Shown in pieces: positions 18,031 through 27,905 of a stretch of 64,000 nucleotides of DNA. The DNA is taken from positions 146,537 through 210,536 of the forward strand of contig MGFX01000006.1 in NCBI GenBank assembly GCA_001792115.1. The letters run 5' to 3'. The position numbers and the translations under genes are program-made. This stretch comes from Candidatus Woesebacteria bacterium RBG_16_42_24 (lineage in GTDB: Bacteria > Patescibacteriota > Microgenomatia > UBA8517). The notes below the pieces were generated by a model that was not told the origin of the DNA, did not search any database, and saw nothing but the letters and a program-made list of their open reading frames with translations. Within the stretch, counting starts at the first letter, position 1; each line of letters begins with the position of its first letter.

Positions 18031-19770
18031 ATGGCTGCCCAAATGGCGGTTTCTTCGGCGGTAAATGGAGACAGTGCCAAGACCTTGGCTGACATTCTAG
18101 TTACCCAGGGGGCTTTTAGCGTAGATCTAGCCAAGCAAGTAAAACTCGCGGAGGTCCAAACGGGCAAATCCCAAGAAGAGATATTAAAGTCTCAGAATCT
18201 TGTGTCTGAAACCGACCTGGTTAAGGCCAAAGCTGCACTTTATAACATTCCCTACGTCGATTTGGCAAATTTACCCGCTTCTCCCGAAGCTCTCGCGGTC
18301 CTTCCTCAAGAAGTTGCAGAAAAGTTTAAGGTATTCCCTATTTCGGTAGATTCTGCTCAAAAACAACTGATACTTGCGATGACAGATCCGATGGATCTTA
18401 CCGCCATCGAATTTATTGAACAAAAAGCGTCATTAAGAGTTAAACCAGTAGCTGCAGAACCAACCAAAATTGCTGAATTTATCGTCTCCCGTTATTCAAC
18501 CTCCCTGGCCGAAGAGGTTACGGAGGCCCTGAAAGAAGTTGGCCCAGAGGGAGGAAATCTAAAGATTTTTGATACTACAAGGGTGGGCCTAATCAGGGAG
18601 GAGAAAATTGCCGAAATAGTTTCTCATATCCTGGAATTTGCCATGAAATCTCGCTCCTCCGATGTACATATAGAACCCCAGGAAAAGTCGACTAGAGTGC
18701 GCTATCGAATAGATGGAATATTGCAGGAAAAGCTTACTACTCCAAAAGATTTGCACGAAGCATTAGTTTCGAGGATAAAAATTCTATCTGGAATGAAGAT
18801 CGACGAAAGAAGGATTCCTCAAGATGGGAGGTTTAATTTTAAAGCCGGGGGGGAGGAAGTCGACCTTCGTGTTTCGTCTCTTCCCACCGCCTGGGGAGAA
18901 AAGATGGTTTTAAGGCTTCTTAAAAAATCCGGGGGGGTACCGTCTTTACCCGAACTTGGACTCCGCGGTCGCGCTCTTAAAAATTTAGAAGATGCAATTT
19001 TGCGCCCCCATGGAATTATTATCCTTTGTGGCCCCACAGGAAGCGGGAAAACAACGACTCTTTATTCAGTTATTACAAAAATCTCAACGCCCAAAGTAAA
19101 TATTATTACCCTGGAAGACCCTATCGAGTATAAGATTGCGGGGGTAAATCAGGTTCAGATTAATCCTGCGGCCGGACTGTCTTTTGCCTCGGGACTAAGG
19201 AGTTTTTTAAGGCAAGACCCGAATATTATTTTGGTCGGAGAAATTCGTGATAAAGAAACCGCAGATTTGGCAATACAGGCCTCATTAACCGGTCACTTGG
19301 TTTTTTCTACGCTTCATACTAACGATGCCTCGGGTGCCCTCCCCAGACTTATTGATATGGGAGCAGAGCCCTACCTTCTGGCTTCGTCGATAACCGCAAT
19401 TGTTGGTCAAAGAGTCGTCAGGCAAATACACAAAGATTGTAAAGTAGGATATTCCCCAGACCCTAAGGTGCTAGCCGATATGAAGGCGGTACTTGGGAGC
19501 TTGTGGCCGGTGGGGCGCGATGGACAGCTTTATAAAGGCGGAGGAGACGCGGAATGTGACAATTCAGGGTATTTCGGAAGAATCGGAATTTTTGAGGTAT
19601 TGCCAGTCAGCGAAAAAATTAGTAGGCTAATATTGGAGAGGGCAGCGAGTTCCGCCATTGAGCGTGAAGCCCGCGAAGAGGGAATGATTACTCTTAAACA
19701 AGACGGGTATTTGAAGGTCTTAGAGGGGCTCTCAACAATTGAAGAGGTTCTTAGAGTCGCCCAAGAATAA
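18031..19770 (+). CDS. pilB: type IV pilus assembly ATPase PilB/GspE
   Basis: SDVHIEP, RIPQDGR, GPTGSGKTTT, EDPIEY, LRQDPN, STLHTN. Confidence 0.95.
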   Translation: MAAQMAVSSAVNGDSAKTLADILVTQGAFSVDLAKQVKLAEVQTGKSQEEILKSQNLVSETDLVKAKAALYNIPYVDLANLPASPEALAVLPQEVAEKFKVFPISVDSAQKQLILAMTDPMDLTAIEFIEQKASLRVKPVAAEPTKIAEFIVSRYSTSLAEEVTEALKEVGPEGGNLKIFDTTRVGLIREEKIAEIVSHILEFAMKSRSSDVHIEPQEKSTRVRYRIDGILQEKLTTPKDLHEALVSRIKILSGMKIDERRIPQDGRFNFKAGGEEVDLRVSSLPTAWGEKMVLRLLKKSGGVPSLPELGLRGRALKNLEDAILRPHGIIILCGPTGSGKTTTLYSVITKISTPKVNIITLEDPIEYKIAGVNQVQINPAAGLSFASGLRSFLRQDPNIILVGEIRDKETADLAIQASLTGHLVFSTLHTNDASGALPRLIDMGAEPYLLASSITAIVGQRVVRQIHKDCKVGYSPDPKVLADMKAVLGSLWPVGRDGQLYKGGGDAECDNSGYFGRIGIFEVLPVSEKISRLILERAASSAIEREAREEGMITLKQDGYLKVLEGLSTIEEVLRVAQE

Positions 19771-19775
19771 TACAG

Positions 19776-20840
19776 ATGAGTAATATAAAACATTTGCTTG
19801 AGCTCACGGTCGAAAGGAATGCTTCCGACCTTCACGCAATTAACGGTATTCCGCCAACCTTAAGAATAGAAGGCCAACTCCACCCCGTACCTAATGAGGC
19901 TGTTTCAACGCCCGACACAATCTATTCCTATCTTAAAGAGATTCTTTCTACGGAGATGCTCGAGAGGCTCGTTGTCAATAAAGAAATAGACTTTTCCCTT
20001 GCCTTTTCCGAGAAAGCCAGATTCAGGGTAAATGCCTACTCAACAAAGGGGTCTTTTGCAATTTCATTTAGAAAAATTCCGCTTGAAATACCCGAAATAG
20101 ACTCTTTGGGGCTTCCGAAAATTCTGCATTCGTTCACTTCCCTACGCCAAGGATTTATTTTGGTGACAGGCCCAACCGGACACGGAAAGTCGACGACAAT
20201 TGCTGCCGTACTTGATGAGATAAACCATACTCGGGAAACTCACATCATCACAATTGAGGACCCCATCGAATTTATCTTCAAATCTCAAAAATCGATAATT
20301 TCCCAAAGGGAGATGGGGGTCGACACGCACTCTTGGCAGATTGCCTTAAGAAGTGTTCTTAGAGAAGACCCCGACGTAGTTTTAGTCGGGGAAATGAGGG
20401 ATTATGAGACCATTGCGGCGGCTCTCACCGTAGCTGAAACGGGCCATTTAGTTTTTGCCACATTACACACAAACTCCGCTGCTCAGACGATAGATAGAAT
20501 TGTAGACGTGTTTCCGGACGAGCAACAGGAGCAGGTGCGCCTCCAGCTTTCAAACGTCATTGAGGCCGTATTTTCCATGAGACTTGTTCCCGGTACTACT
20601 GGAAACAGGGTTGTTGCCTATGAAATGATGTTGGGTTCCCCGGCAATCAAAACTGCCATTCGCGATGGCAAGACCCACCAAATAGACAATATTTTACAGA
20701 CTTCACAAGAGATTGGCATGAACACCCTGGAAGTATCCCTCGCCTCTTTAATCAAAAGCGGGAAGGTAAATCTTGAGACCGCCCAATCCTACTCCTTAAG
20801 ACCGGAAGAGTTAAACAGACTTATCCGCTCCGCCAGATAG
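19776..20840 (+). CDS. pilT: type IV pilus retraction ATPase PilT
   Basis: ASDLH, GPTGHGKSTT, LREDPDV, AETGHLVFATLHT, AIKTAIRDGK. Confidence 0.95.
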   Translation: MSNIKHLLELTVERNASDLHAINGIPPTLRIEGQLHPVPNEAVSTPDTIYSYLKEILSTEMLERLVVNKEIDFSLAFSEKARFRVNAYSTKGSFAISFRKIPLEIPEIDSLGLPKILHSFTSLRQGFILVTGPTGHGKSTTIAAVLDEINHTRETHIITIEDPIEFIFKSQKSIISQREMGVDTHSWQIALRSVLREDPDVVLVGEMRDYETIAAALTVAETGHLVFATLHTNSAAQTIDRIVDVFPDEQQEQVRLQLSNVIEAVFSMRLVPGTTGNRVVAYEMMLGSPAIKTAIRDGKTHQIDNILQTSQEIGMNTLEVSLASLIKSGKVNLETAQSYSLRPEELNRLIRSAR

Positions 20841-20845
20841 TCAAT

Positions 20846-22057
20846 ATGCAAAGGTATAGATATAAAGCCAAGAATAGAAATGGGGACATAGTAGCCGGGG
20901 AGGTAGAAGCCTCCACCTCGCTTTTGGCCGCAAAACTCGTTCGTCAAAAAGGCTTGGTAGTTATTTCTATAACGCCTATATCAAAAGGCATACTGGATCT
21001 ATTTGCCAAAGTAAGAGACAACATTTCCTATGGAGACCTGGCTGTATTCACCAGACAGCTTGCAACCATGATCAACGCGGGCCTTCCTCTTACCGAGGCA
21101 CTACTTATATTAAGAGCTCAGTCAAAGCCCGCTTTACAAAAAATTGTTGCTCAGGTTTTGGCAGACGTTGAGGGCGGAACAGCTCTCTCCTCGGCTTTCG
21201 CTAAACACTCGAGGGTTTTTTCTCCCTCGTATATTGCCTTGGTACGCTCGGGTGAGGTAGGAGGACTTTTAGATACTGTTTTGGTAAGACTCGCCGACAA
21301 TATGGAAAAAGAGCAAGAGTTTAGAGGTAAGGTAAAGGGGGCACTCATTTACCCCGCAATTATTGTGGCCGGAATGTTTATTGTGGGGTTTATTATGATG
21401 GTCTTTGTCATCCCCAGACTTCTTAGCCTATACACGGAATTTGGCGCAAAAATTGAGCTTCCGTTTCCGACACGGGTGTTAATGTTTGTTTCTGGAGCAT
21501 TGTCGAAATTCTGGCCAATTCTTCTTATCTTAACCGGCGCGGCAATATATGGATATGGGTTATATAGAAAGTCCCCGAAAGGAAGAAGAAAAACCGATGA
21601 GCTTCTTTTTAAAATTCCTATTTGGGGGGAGCTTCAAAGACAAATTATATTAACCGAGCTAACCAGGACCCTTTCTTTGTTAGTTGGAGCGGGAGTTTCT
21701 ATTCTTGAGAGCTTGCAAATAACCTCTGAAGTTGTACCGAACGTAGTCATATCCGATGCCCTTAAAGACGTCTCCAAGCAGGTAGAAAAAGGATTTCCTG
21801 TCGCCTATTCTTTTGCCAAACACCCCGACGCTTTCCCTTTTATTCTCTCCCAGATGATCTCGGTCGGAGAGGAAACGGGGAAAATGGACGAGGTATTATC
21901 AAAAGTTTCCCACATTTTTGAAGTTGAGAGCGATCAAAAAGTTAAAACCCTAACCAGCTCAATCGAGCCTATAATTATGATTTTCCTCGGGGTCGGAGTC
22001 GGATTTTTGGTAGTAGCCATTATTTTGCCGATTTACAACCTGACGACCCAATTATAA
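20846..22057 (+). CDS. pilC: type IV pilus platform protein PilC/GspF
   Basis: FTRQLATMINAGLPL, GEVGG, GALIYP, GEETG, IEP. Confidence 0.95.
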   Translation: MQRYRYKAKNRNGDIVAGEVEASTSLLAAKLVRQKGLVVISITPISKGILDLFAKVRDNISYGDLAVFTRQLATMINAGLPLTEALLILRAQSKPALQKIVAQVLADVEGGTALSSAFAKHSRVFSPSYIALVRSGEVGGLLDTVLVRLADNMEKEQEFRGKVKGALIYPAIIVAGMFIVGFIMMVFVIPRLLSLYTEFGAKIELPFPTRVLMFVSGALSKFWPILLILTGAAIYGYGLYRKSPKGRRKTDELLFKIPIWGELQRQIILTELTRTLSLLVGAGVSILESLQITSEVVPNVVISDALKDVSKQVEKGFPVAYSFAKHPDAFPFILSQMISVGEETGKMDEVLSKVSHIFEVESDQKVKTLTSSIEPIIMIFLGVGVGFLVVAIILPIYNLTTQL

Positions 22058-22255
22058 AGGATAGTAAAGATTGCTCGGAGAACGCCTTTCTCAAAAACAC
22101 TCGTCGAGTTAGTTCTCGTTCGGCAGTTTTGCCCACTCCTCACTTAGCGTCTCGCCAGCCCGAATTCTCTTACTAGATTTAGGCTCTTTCTGGGGCTGGT
22201 TCGACATATTTTTCGAAAGGGCCCTCCTCGCTCACTCGCTATTGGTATAGGGTAC

Positions 22256-22284
22256 TTGACAGGGGCGTAAACTTATTTGATACT
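22256..22284 (+). promoter_or_regulatory. putative promoter of the major pilin
   Basis: TTGACA-17-GATACT; GGGGGTGA SD-like sequence upstream of ATG 22345. Confidence 0.5.
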
Positions 22285-22344
22285 GAATATAGACTACTTT
22301 TTGTTTCCTTTAAGAAGCGAGAGGGGGTGAAATTTGACTAAAAT

Positions 22345-22899
22345 ATGACTGCCCGATTTAAAGGTTTTACACTCGTAGAACTTCTTATTGTTATCGCAAT
22401 CATCGGAGTTTTGGCGGTTGTAGTTCTTATCGCCATTAACCCGGTGGAGCAATTAGCCAAAACCAGGGATGCGGGAAGAATTTCGACTGTCACCCAGCTT
22501 GGACACGCTGTACAGGCGTATTACACGTCACATGCAACCCAGACAGACCCATATCCTTTGGCGGCTACCTGGAACGCTGATTTGACGGCATCTGGAGAAC
22601 TTACCGTATTTCCGAGTGGAATAGCTTATACCGGAAGCCCTGACGTTTGTACTGAGAACGACGAACCTGGGACTGACGCAACCTACTGCTACGACTTGGA
22701 TTTATCAGGAGCAATACCTCCCGGGGCAATTGTTTACTCTCGATTGGAATCACTGAACCAGAACAACAAGTGTACTAGTCCGGATATAGCTTTTGTTCTA
22801 TTCTCAACTGCAGACGGACGTGGAGGAGTTGTGTGTGCTGCTGATGCACTCCCGGGAAGCATTAACCCACTAAACTCTGGACTCTTTGATTACAAGTAA
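22345..22899 (+). CDS. type IV pilin (probable major pilin)
   Basis: G|FTLVE prepilin motif; own promoter and downstream hairpin (AGCGCCAG...CTGGCGCT, ~22928-22970). Confidence 0.85.
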   Translation: MTARFKGFTLVELLIVIAIIGVLAVVVLIAINPVEQLAKTRDAGRISTVTQLGHAVQAYYTSHATQTDPYPLAATWNADLTASGELTVFPSGIAYTGSPDVCTENDEPGTDATYCYDLDLSGAIPPGAIVYSRLESLNQNNKCTSPDIAFVLFSTADGRGGVVCAADALPGSINPLNSGLFDYK

Positions 22900-22981
22900 A
22901 GGTTGCTTGGCTAGGAGTTTATACGAAAGCGCCAGAAGAGCTACTTAAAGTATAAGTGGCAGCTGGCGCTAGCGTATTGAA

Positions 22982-23773
22982 ATGGAACTAATTTATACTT
23001 TTTTAGTCCTCATCTTGGGCCTAGCCGTGGGTTCATTCGTCTCGGCTCTCACCTATAGAGTCCCCAGGGGAATAAGTATTGCCAAGGGTCGCTCATTTTG
23101 CCCCAAATGCAGCGCCAAAATTTCCTGGTATGACAATATTCCCCTTCTCTCCTATTTGGCCTTAGGGGGAAAATGTAGGAGATGCAAAGAGAAAATTTCC
23201 CTGCGCTACCCCCTGATAGAGGGAGCGACTGCTCTCGGTTTCCTATACCTTTTTTCCTATAGCTGTCCCCCGGGAAGCTTTGAAGTAGCCTGTCTTTGGA
23301 AGAGTGCTACCGGAAGCCTTTATTTGCCATTTTTACTTTTTATTTTTACCTTAATGACGGCCATTTTCGTCATCGATTTGGAGAGTCAAATTATTCCTGA
23401 CAGCTTGGTTTTTACCCTTTTTATCTCAACTTTTCTAATTTTAATCAGCACAGACCTTCCAATCTTTACCCACCTTGTATCTGGATTTAGCGCGGCGCTT
23501 TTTCTTCTTGTTCTTTTTTTAATCACCAAACAAAAAGGAATGGGGTTGGGAGATGTTAAACTCGCCCTTTTTGCTGGGGCCTTTTTAGGATGGCCCCACA
23601 CGGTTACTTGGCTTTTTGCTAGTTTTGTACTTGGAGCAGTGGTGGGAGTTATCTTAATACTTCTTAAGAAAGCCTCTTTCGGAAAACACATTCCCTTCGG
23701 ACCCTTTTTGGTAGTATCCTTTTTTGTAAGCGTGTTTTTTGGAGAAAGGATTTTAGCCTGGTTAAATTTCTAA
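22982..23773 (+). CDS. pilD: prepilin peptidase PilD
   Basis: RSFCPKC, GKCRRC, IDLE, GMGLGDVKL, IPFGPFL. Confidence 0.95.
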   Translation: MELIYTFLVLILGLAVGSFVSALTYRVPRGISIAKGRSFCPKCSAKISWYDNIPLLSYLALGGKCRRCKEKISLRYPLIEGATALGFLYLFSYSCPPGSFEVACLWKSATGSLYLPFLLFIFTLMTAIFVIDLESQIIPDSLVFTLFISTFLILISTDLPIFTHLVSGFSAALFLLVLFLITKQKGMGLGDVKLALFAGAFLGWPHTVTWLFASFVLGAVVGVILILLKKASFGKHIPFGPFLVVSFFVSVFFGERILAWLNF

Positions 23774-23780
23774 ATAAGGA

Positions 23781-24395
23781 ATGAAATTTTTCACTAAACA
23801 AGAACTGTTCGCGATTTTTGCCATTCTTCTTGTAATAATTTTAATCTCTCTTGCCAACTTTAAGGTTTCTTTAAGACGAGCCCGGGATGCCCAAAGAAAA
23901 AATGACATCGGGGCAATAGCAGACGGGCTTAATCGCTACGCAAATGATTTTGCCAAATATCCTCTCGCCTCCCCCGATGGGAAAATTTTAGCTTGTCGGC
24001 CGGTAATTTCTGAAGATAAAAACAAAAGAAAAATAGTCGAATTTGAACCTTGTGAATGGGAGAAAGACGCACTTGCCGACGCCCTGGACCCTACTTTCCC
24101 CAGCTATATCAAAAATTTGCCATCCGATCCACAAGACGATCTGGGCGTAAGCTATTTATATTTATCAAATGGAGCCAGATTTCAAATTTATGCGGTTCTT
24201 GAGGGAGTGGACGAGGACGAATATGACCCTAAAATAGTTGCCAGGAACTTAATGTGCGGGATAAGGATTTGTAATTTTGGCCGCTCAACAGGAGTTCCTC
24301 TTGATAAATCTATTGAAGAATACGAAAATGAATTAATAATAGAAAATTCCAAATTCCAACGACAAAGTCGGTTACTCTTTCCAAATGCCAAATAA
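23781..24395 (+). CDS. pilin-like (GspG-type) protein with degenerate leader
   Basis: FTKQE + hydrophobic helix, ARDAQRKND, LPSDP; no Gly before Phe. Confidence 0.7.
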   Translation: MKFFTKQELFAIFAILLVIILISLANFKVSLRRARDAQRKNDIGAIADGLNRYANDFAKYPLASPDGKILACRPVISEDKNKRKIVEFEPCEWEKDALADALDPTFPSYIKNLPSDPQDDLGVSYLYLSNGARFQIYAVLEGVDEDEYDPKIVARNLMCGIRICNFGRSTGVPLDKSIEEYENELIIENSKFQRQSRLLFPNAK

Positions 24396-24936
24396 ATATC
24401 AAAATTCTAAATTCATATTTGCTAGTTTGAAATATAAATTTAACTGGAAATTGGAAACTGGAAATTGGAAACTGGTTCGCGGTTTCACCTTAATAGAACT
24501 TTTGCTGGTTATATCTATTATCGGGATATTGGCCACATTCACCCTCTTTTATTATCCCTCAGCCCAAAAGCAGGCCAGAGACGCACAGAGAAGGTCGGAT
24601 ATTAAACAATACCAGACACTTCTTGAAACTTTTGCGGGAAGTAATAACAATCTTTATCCATCAAGAACTACCATTCGGCGCCCCGACGAGCTTTGCGGCA
24701 GCTGTGGTGCTGCTTGCCCCCTTGGACAGCTCAGTTGTCCCCGGGATCCTTCAAGTACTACTTATGAATATTCCTACCTAAGTAACGGGACAGGAAGCCC
24801 CAACAACACAGCAACGCAATATGTCTTGTGGACTACTTTAGAAAATATCCCCATTACAACTTATTGGATTGTTTGTTCCAGCGGAAGGACCGGTACCAGC
24901 ACAGTCGTTCCCCCTAATTCTGACTGCCCAATATGA
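24385..24936 (+). CDS. minor pilin (GspG-like)
   Basis: G|FTLIE, ARDAQRRSD. Confidence 0.85.
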   Translation: MPNKYQNSKFIFASLKYKFNWKLETGNWKLVRGFTLIELLLVISIIGILATFTLFYYPSAQKQARDAQRRSDIKQYQTLLETFAGSNNNLYPSRTTIRRPDELCGSCGAACPLGQLSCPRDPSSTTYEYSYLSNGTGSPNNTATQYVLWTTLENIPITTYWIVCSSGRTGTSTVVPPNSDCPI

Positions 24937-25442
24937 TTAACAGAAACTCAAAACTCAAAACTCAAAACTCAAAATTCCTGCGTGCGCAGGCAGGCAAAAC
25001 TAATTCTACATTCGGTTTTACCCTGATTGAGCTTCTCGTGGTTATATCGATAATTGCCGTTTTGGCCGGGATATCTATTTTCGGACTCCAGGGAGCCCGG
25101 GAGTCTGCAAGGGACGGTCGCAGGAAAGCCGACCTCGAACAAATTCGTGCCGGACTTGAATTATATAAGGCTGACTGCGGCGACTACCCGGCCACGTTAC
25201 CGCCCCCCCCAAATCCGCTTCTTGGAGATAATTCTCCTTCTTCTTGCTTGGCAACCAATACCTATATCTCAAGCGTTCCCGACGACCCCAACCCGGGGCG
25301 GGACTATAATTACGCAAGATTGACTTCTAGAACTTATGAACTTTGTTCAGCCCTTGAGAGAGTAACGTCGCCCAGTGTTTCTTGCGGCGGAGATTCCACC
25401 TGCGGTACGCCAGATTGTACTTATAAAGTAGTAAACCCCTAG
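24933..25442 (+). CDS. minor pilin (GspG-like)
   Basis: G|FTLIE, ARDGRRKADL, VPDDP. Confidence 0.85.
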   Translation: MINRNSKLKTQNSKFLRAQAGKTNSTFGFTLIELLVVISIIAVLAGISIFGLQGARESARDGRRKADLEQIRAGLELYKADCGDYPATLPPPPNPLLGDNSPSSCLATNTYISSVPDDPNPGRDYNYARLTSRTYELCSALERVTSPSVSCGGDSTCGTPDCTYKVVNP

Positions 25443-25469
25443 AGGACAAAATTTAATGACTAATGACTA

Positions 25470-25958
25470 ATGACAAATGAAAGAAAAGGCTATACCCTTG
25501 TTGAAATTTTGGTAGTGATTTCCATCGTCGGCTTACTTTTTGGCGTAGGCTTCGTAAGTTATAGAGAGTTTTCGCGAAGACAAGCACTTGCCGGCGCTGC
25601 GCGGCAGGTTGGGGGCGACCTTAGGCTTGCACAGGAACTTGCCCTTGCCGGGAAAAAGCCAGCCGTTTGTGGAGCAAACGCCTTGGACGGGTACCAGTTC
25701 GTAGTCACCCCCCCCAATTCATACCGGGTCAGAGCCGTATGTAATCTTACTACGGCTATTGAGAAAACCGTTGTTGTCAGTTCCGGGGTGAGCATATCGG
25801 GCTTAGTCCCCGATCTTACTCCGTCCAACACGATTCTCTTTAAGACTTTGAGCGGGGGCACAAATATTCCCGCGGGTACAACAGTAATTACCCTTACCCA
25901 AGATGTAACTGCCGACACTCGTCGAATCACCGTAACTGCAGGAGGAGAAATACGATAA
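25470..25958 (+). CDS. minor pilin (FimT/GspH-like)
   Basis: G|YTLVE, DLRLAQELA, ITVTAGGEI. Confidence 0.8.
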   Translation: MTNERKGYTLVEILVVISIVGLLFGVGFVSYREFSRRQALAGAARQVGGDLRLAQELALAGKKPAVCGANALDGYQFVVTPPNSYRVRAVCNLTTAIEKTVVVSSGVSISGLVPDLTPSNTILFKTLSGGTNIPAGTTVITLTQDVTADTRRITVTAGGEIR

Positions 25959-26038
25959 TAAACTCAAAACTCAAAACTCAAAACTCAAAATTATTTGGAA
26001 ACTGGAAACTGGAAACTGGAAATTCCTCGCGAAGCGAG

Positions 26039-26467
26039 GTGGGTCAGTCTCTTTTTGAGGTAATTGTAGCCATCGGAGTTATCGCAGCAGTCATTGTGGG
26101 GGTTGTCGTTTTGGCCACGAATTCAATAAGAAATACTACTTTTACGCGAAATAATTCATTAGCAACCCGCTATGCCCAAGAGGCCATTGAGTGGTTGAGA
26201 GGAGAAAGGGACGCAGACTGGGCTACTTTTCGGGCTAATGCAGGGGTTTCCGGTAATAAGTATTGCCTCGATGCCCTTAACTGGACAAAGCCTCAAGCCT
26301 GTAATGCTACCGAAGTAATAAGCGATACTATACTTACCAGAAGTGTAACGTTTTCCAATATTCTTGCGACCCAAGTTAATGCTAACGTCACGGTCTCCTG
26401 GAACGATTCCCAAGGGGCGCACCAGGTGGCAACCAGCACTGTATACACCGATTGGAGGTCGAGGTAA
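26039..26467 (+). CDS. minor pilin (PilV-like); true start may be ~25952
   Basis: G|QSLFE, ATRYAQEAIE, VTVSW. Confidence 0.8.
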   Translation: MGQSLFEVIVAIGVIAAVIVGVVVLATNSIRNTTFTRNNSLATRYAQEAIEWLRGERDADWATFRANAGVSGNKYCLDALNWTKPQACNATEVISDTILTRSVTFSNILATQVNANVTVSWNDSQGAHQVATSTVYTDWRSR

Positions 26468-26950
26468 ATGGGAAAAAGGGAAACTGGCGGCTTTTCGGTG
26501 ATTGAGATACTGGTTGTAGTTTTAGTATTTGTAACTCTTGCGGTTTTGGCCACCGAAAGCTTACTTCTTTCACTTAGGGGTTCAAAAAGGTCCGAGTCTT
26601 CAATCGGTGTTAGGGAGAACTTAAACTATGCGCTTTCGATTATGGAGAGACAATTGCACAATGCGGAGAGTATTACCCTTTGTACCCCGACAGAAATTAC
26701 CTATACTGATACCAACGCCCTGACTGCCAAGTTTTCCTGCGACCTTACTAATGGATTTGTAGCATCATCGTCTGCCCAGCTAACCTCAAGCGAAGTAAGA
26801 ATCACTGCCTGTAATTTTACTTGTACTACGGGAAGCGCGGGAATTCCAGCGTCCGTTTCAATTTCGCTTACGGCGGAGGACGCCGACTCGGGAGGCCTTG
26901 AACAGCAACAGGTAACCACCAATACCCAAATAATGCTCAGAACTTATTAG
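26468..26950 (+). CDS. minor pilin (PilW-like)
   Basis: G|FSVIE, ENLNYALSIMERQLHNA. Confidence 0.8.
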   Translation: MGKRETGGFSVIEILVVVLVFVTLAVLATESLLLSLRGSKRSESSIGVRENLNYALSIMERQLHNAESITLCTPTEITYTDTNALTAKFSCDLTNGFVASSSAQLTSSEVRITACNFTCTTGSAGIPASVSISLTAEDADSGGLEQQQVTTNTQIMLRTY

Positions 26951-26994
26951 CTGGTGTTGACCTGGGTTTGTCCCATTGGTAAGATTAATTAGTA

Positions 26995-27900
26995 ATGATG
27001 AAAAACCTGTCCGGACCCCGAGAGAAGGGTCAAGCTCTTTTGGTAGTACTTCTTTCGATGGCCGTAATTCTAACTGTTGTACTCTCGATTATTTCCCGTT
27101 CTATAACCGATATTTCTCTGACTTCTTATTCAGAAGATGCTTTAAGAGCTTTCTCTGCAGCCGAGGCGGGAGTGGAGCGGGCTTTGATAGTCGGTACAGA
27201 CGTCAGCGAGGCAATTGGAGATGCATCCTTCATAGCAAACGTATCGGGGCTAGGAGAGGGCTCTAGCTTCTTCAATTATCCAGTCGAAATTTACTCTGGG
27301 GAGAGCGTTTATATTTGGTTCGTCTCCCATAATCCGACAACAGGTGCTCTGACTTGTTCGGGACAACCTTGTTTTACGGGAAATAGCGCAGAATTTTGTT
27401 GGGGAAAACCAGGCACGCCTCCTGATGATTCAAGTCCGGCAATAGAGGTTTCTTACTTGATAGATATGTCGCAGAGGGGCGTATTAAATGGAAATTTTGT
27501 AGACGCGCTTATTGGAAGGAGTGTTCATGATCCGAACTCCGGAAGACAATCAATTAACAAGTTTCAATTAGCTCAATCATCTGGGTGTAGTATGCCCGAT
27601 GGTACGAATTACGCTTTCACAAGCGGCAGCATTCCTTTGACGGGTATTCCTTGTTATCAAACTCCCGGGTGTATGCTAGCTGTTAGAGTCCGCTCGCTAT
27701 ACAATCCGGTTTCCAGCCCAAATCCAATAGGGATTAAGGTTGGGGGTGGACTTCTGCCAGCCCAAGGAAAATTAATCAAGTCTCAAGGGACCACTTCTTC
27801 CCAATCTTCGGTCAGGAAAATAGAAGCTTACAGGACATTCGGTGGGCCAGCGCCAATCTTTGACGCGACAGTATTCAGCCAGGGCAGTGTTAGCAAATAA
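26995..27900 (+). CDS. minor pilin (PilX-like)
   Basis: G|QALLVVL without E5, AFSAAEAGVERAL. Confidence 0.8.
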   Translation: MMKNLSGPREKGQALLVVLLSMAVILTVVLSIISRSITDISLTSYSEDALRAFSAAEAGVERALIVGTDVSEAIGDASFIANVSGLGEGSSFFNYPVEIYSGESVYIWFVSHNPTTGALTCSGQPCFTGNSAEFCWGKPGTPPDDSSPAIEVSYLIDMSQRGVLNGNFVDALIGRSVHDPNSGRQSINKFQLAQSSGCSMPDGTNYAFTSGSIPLTGIPCYQTPGCMLAVRVRSLYNPVSSPNPIGIKVGGGLLPAQGKLIKSQGTTSSQSSVRKIEAYRTFGGPAPIFDATVFSQGSVSK

Positions 27901-27905
27901 TACAA

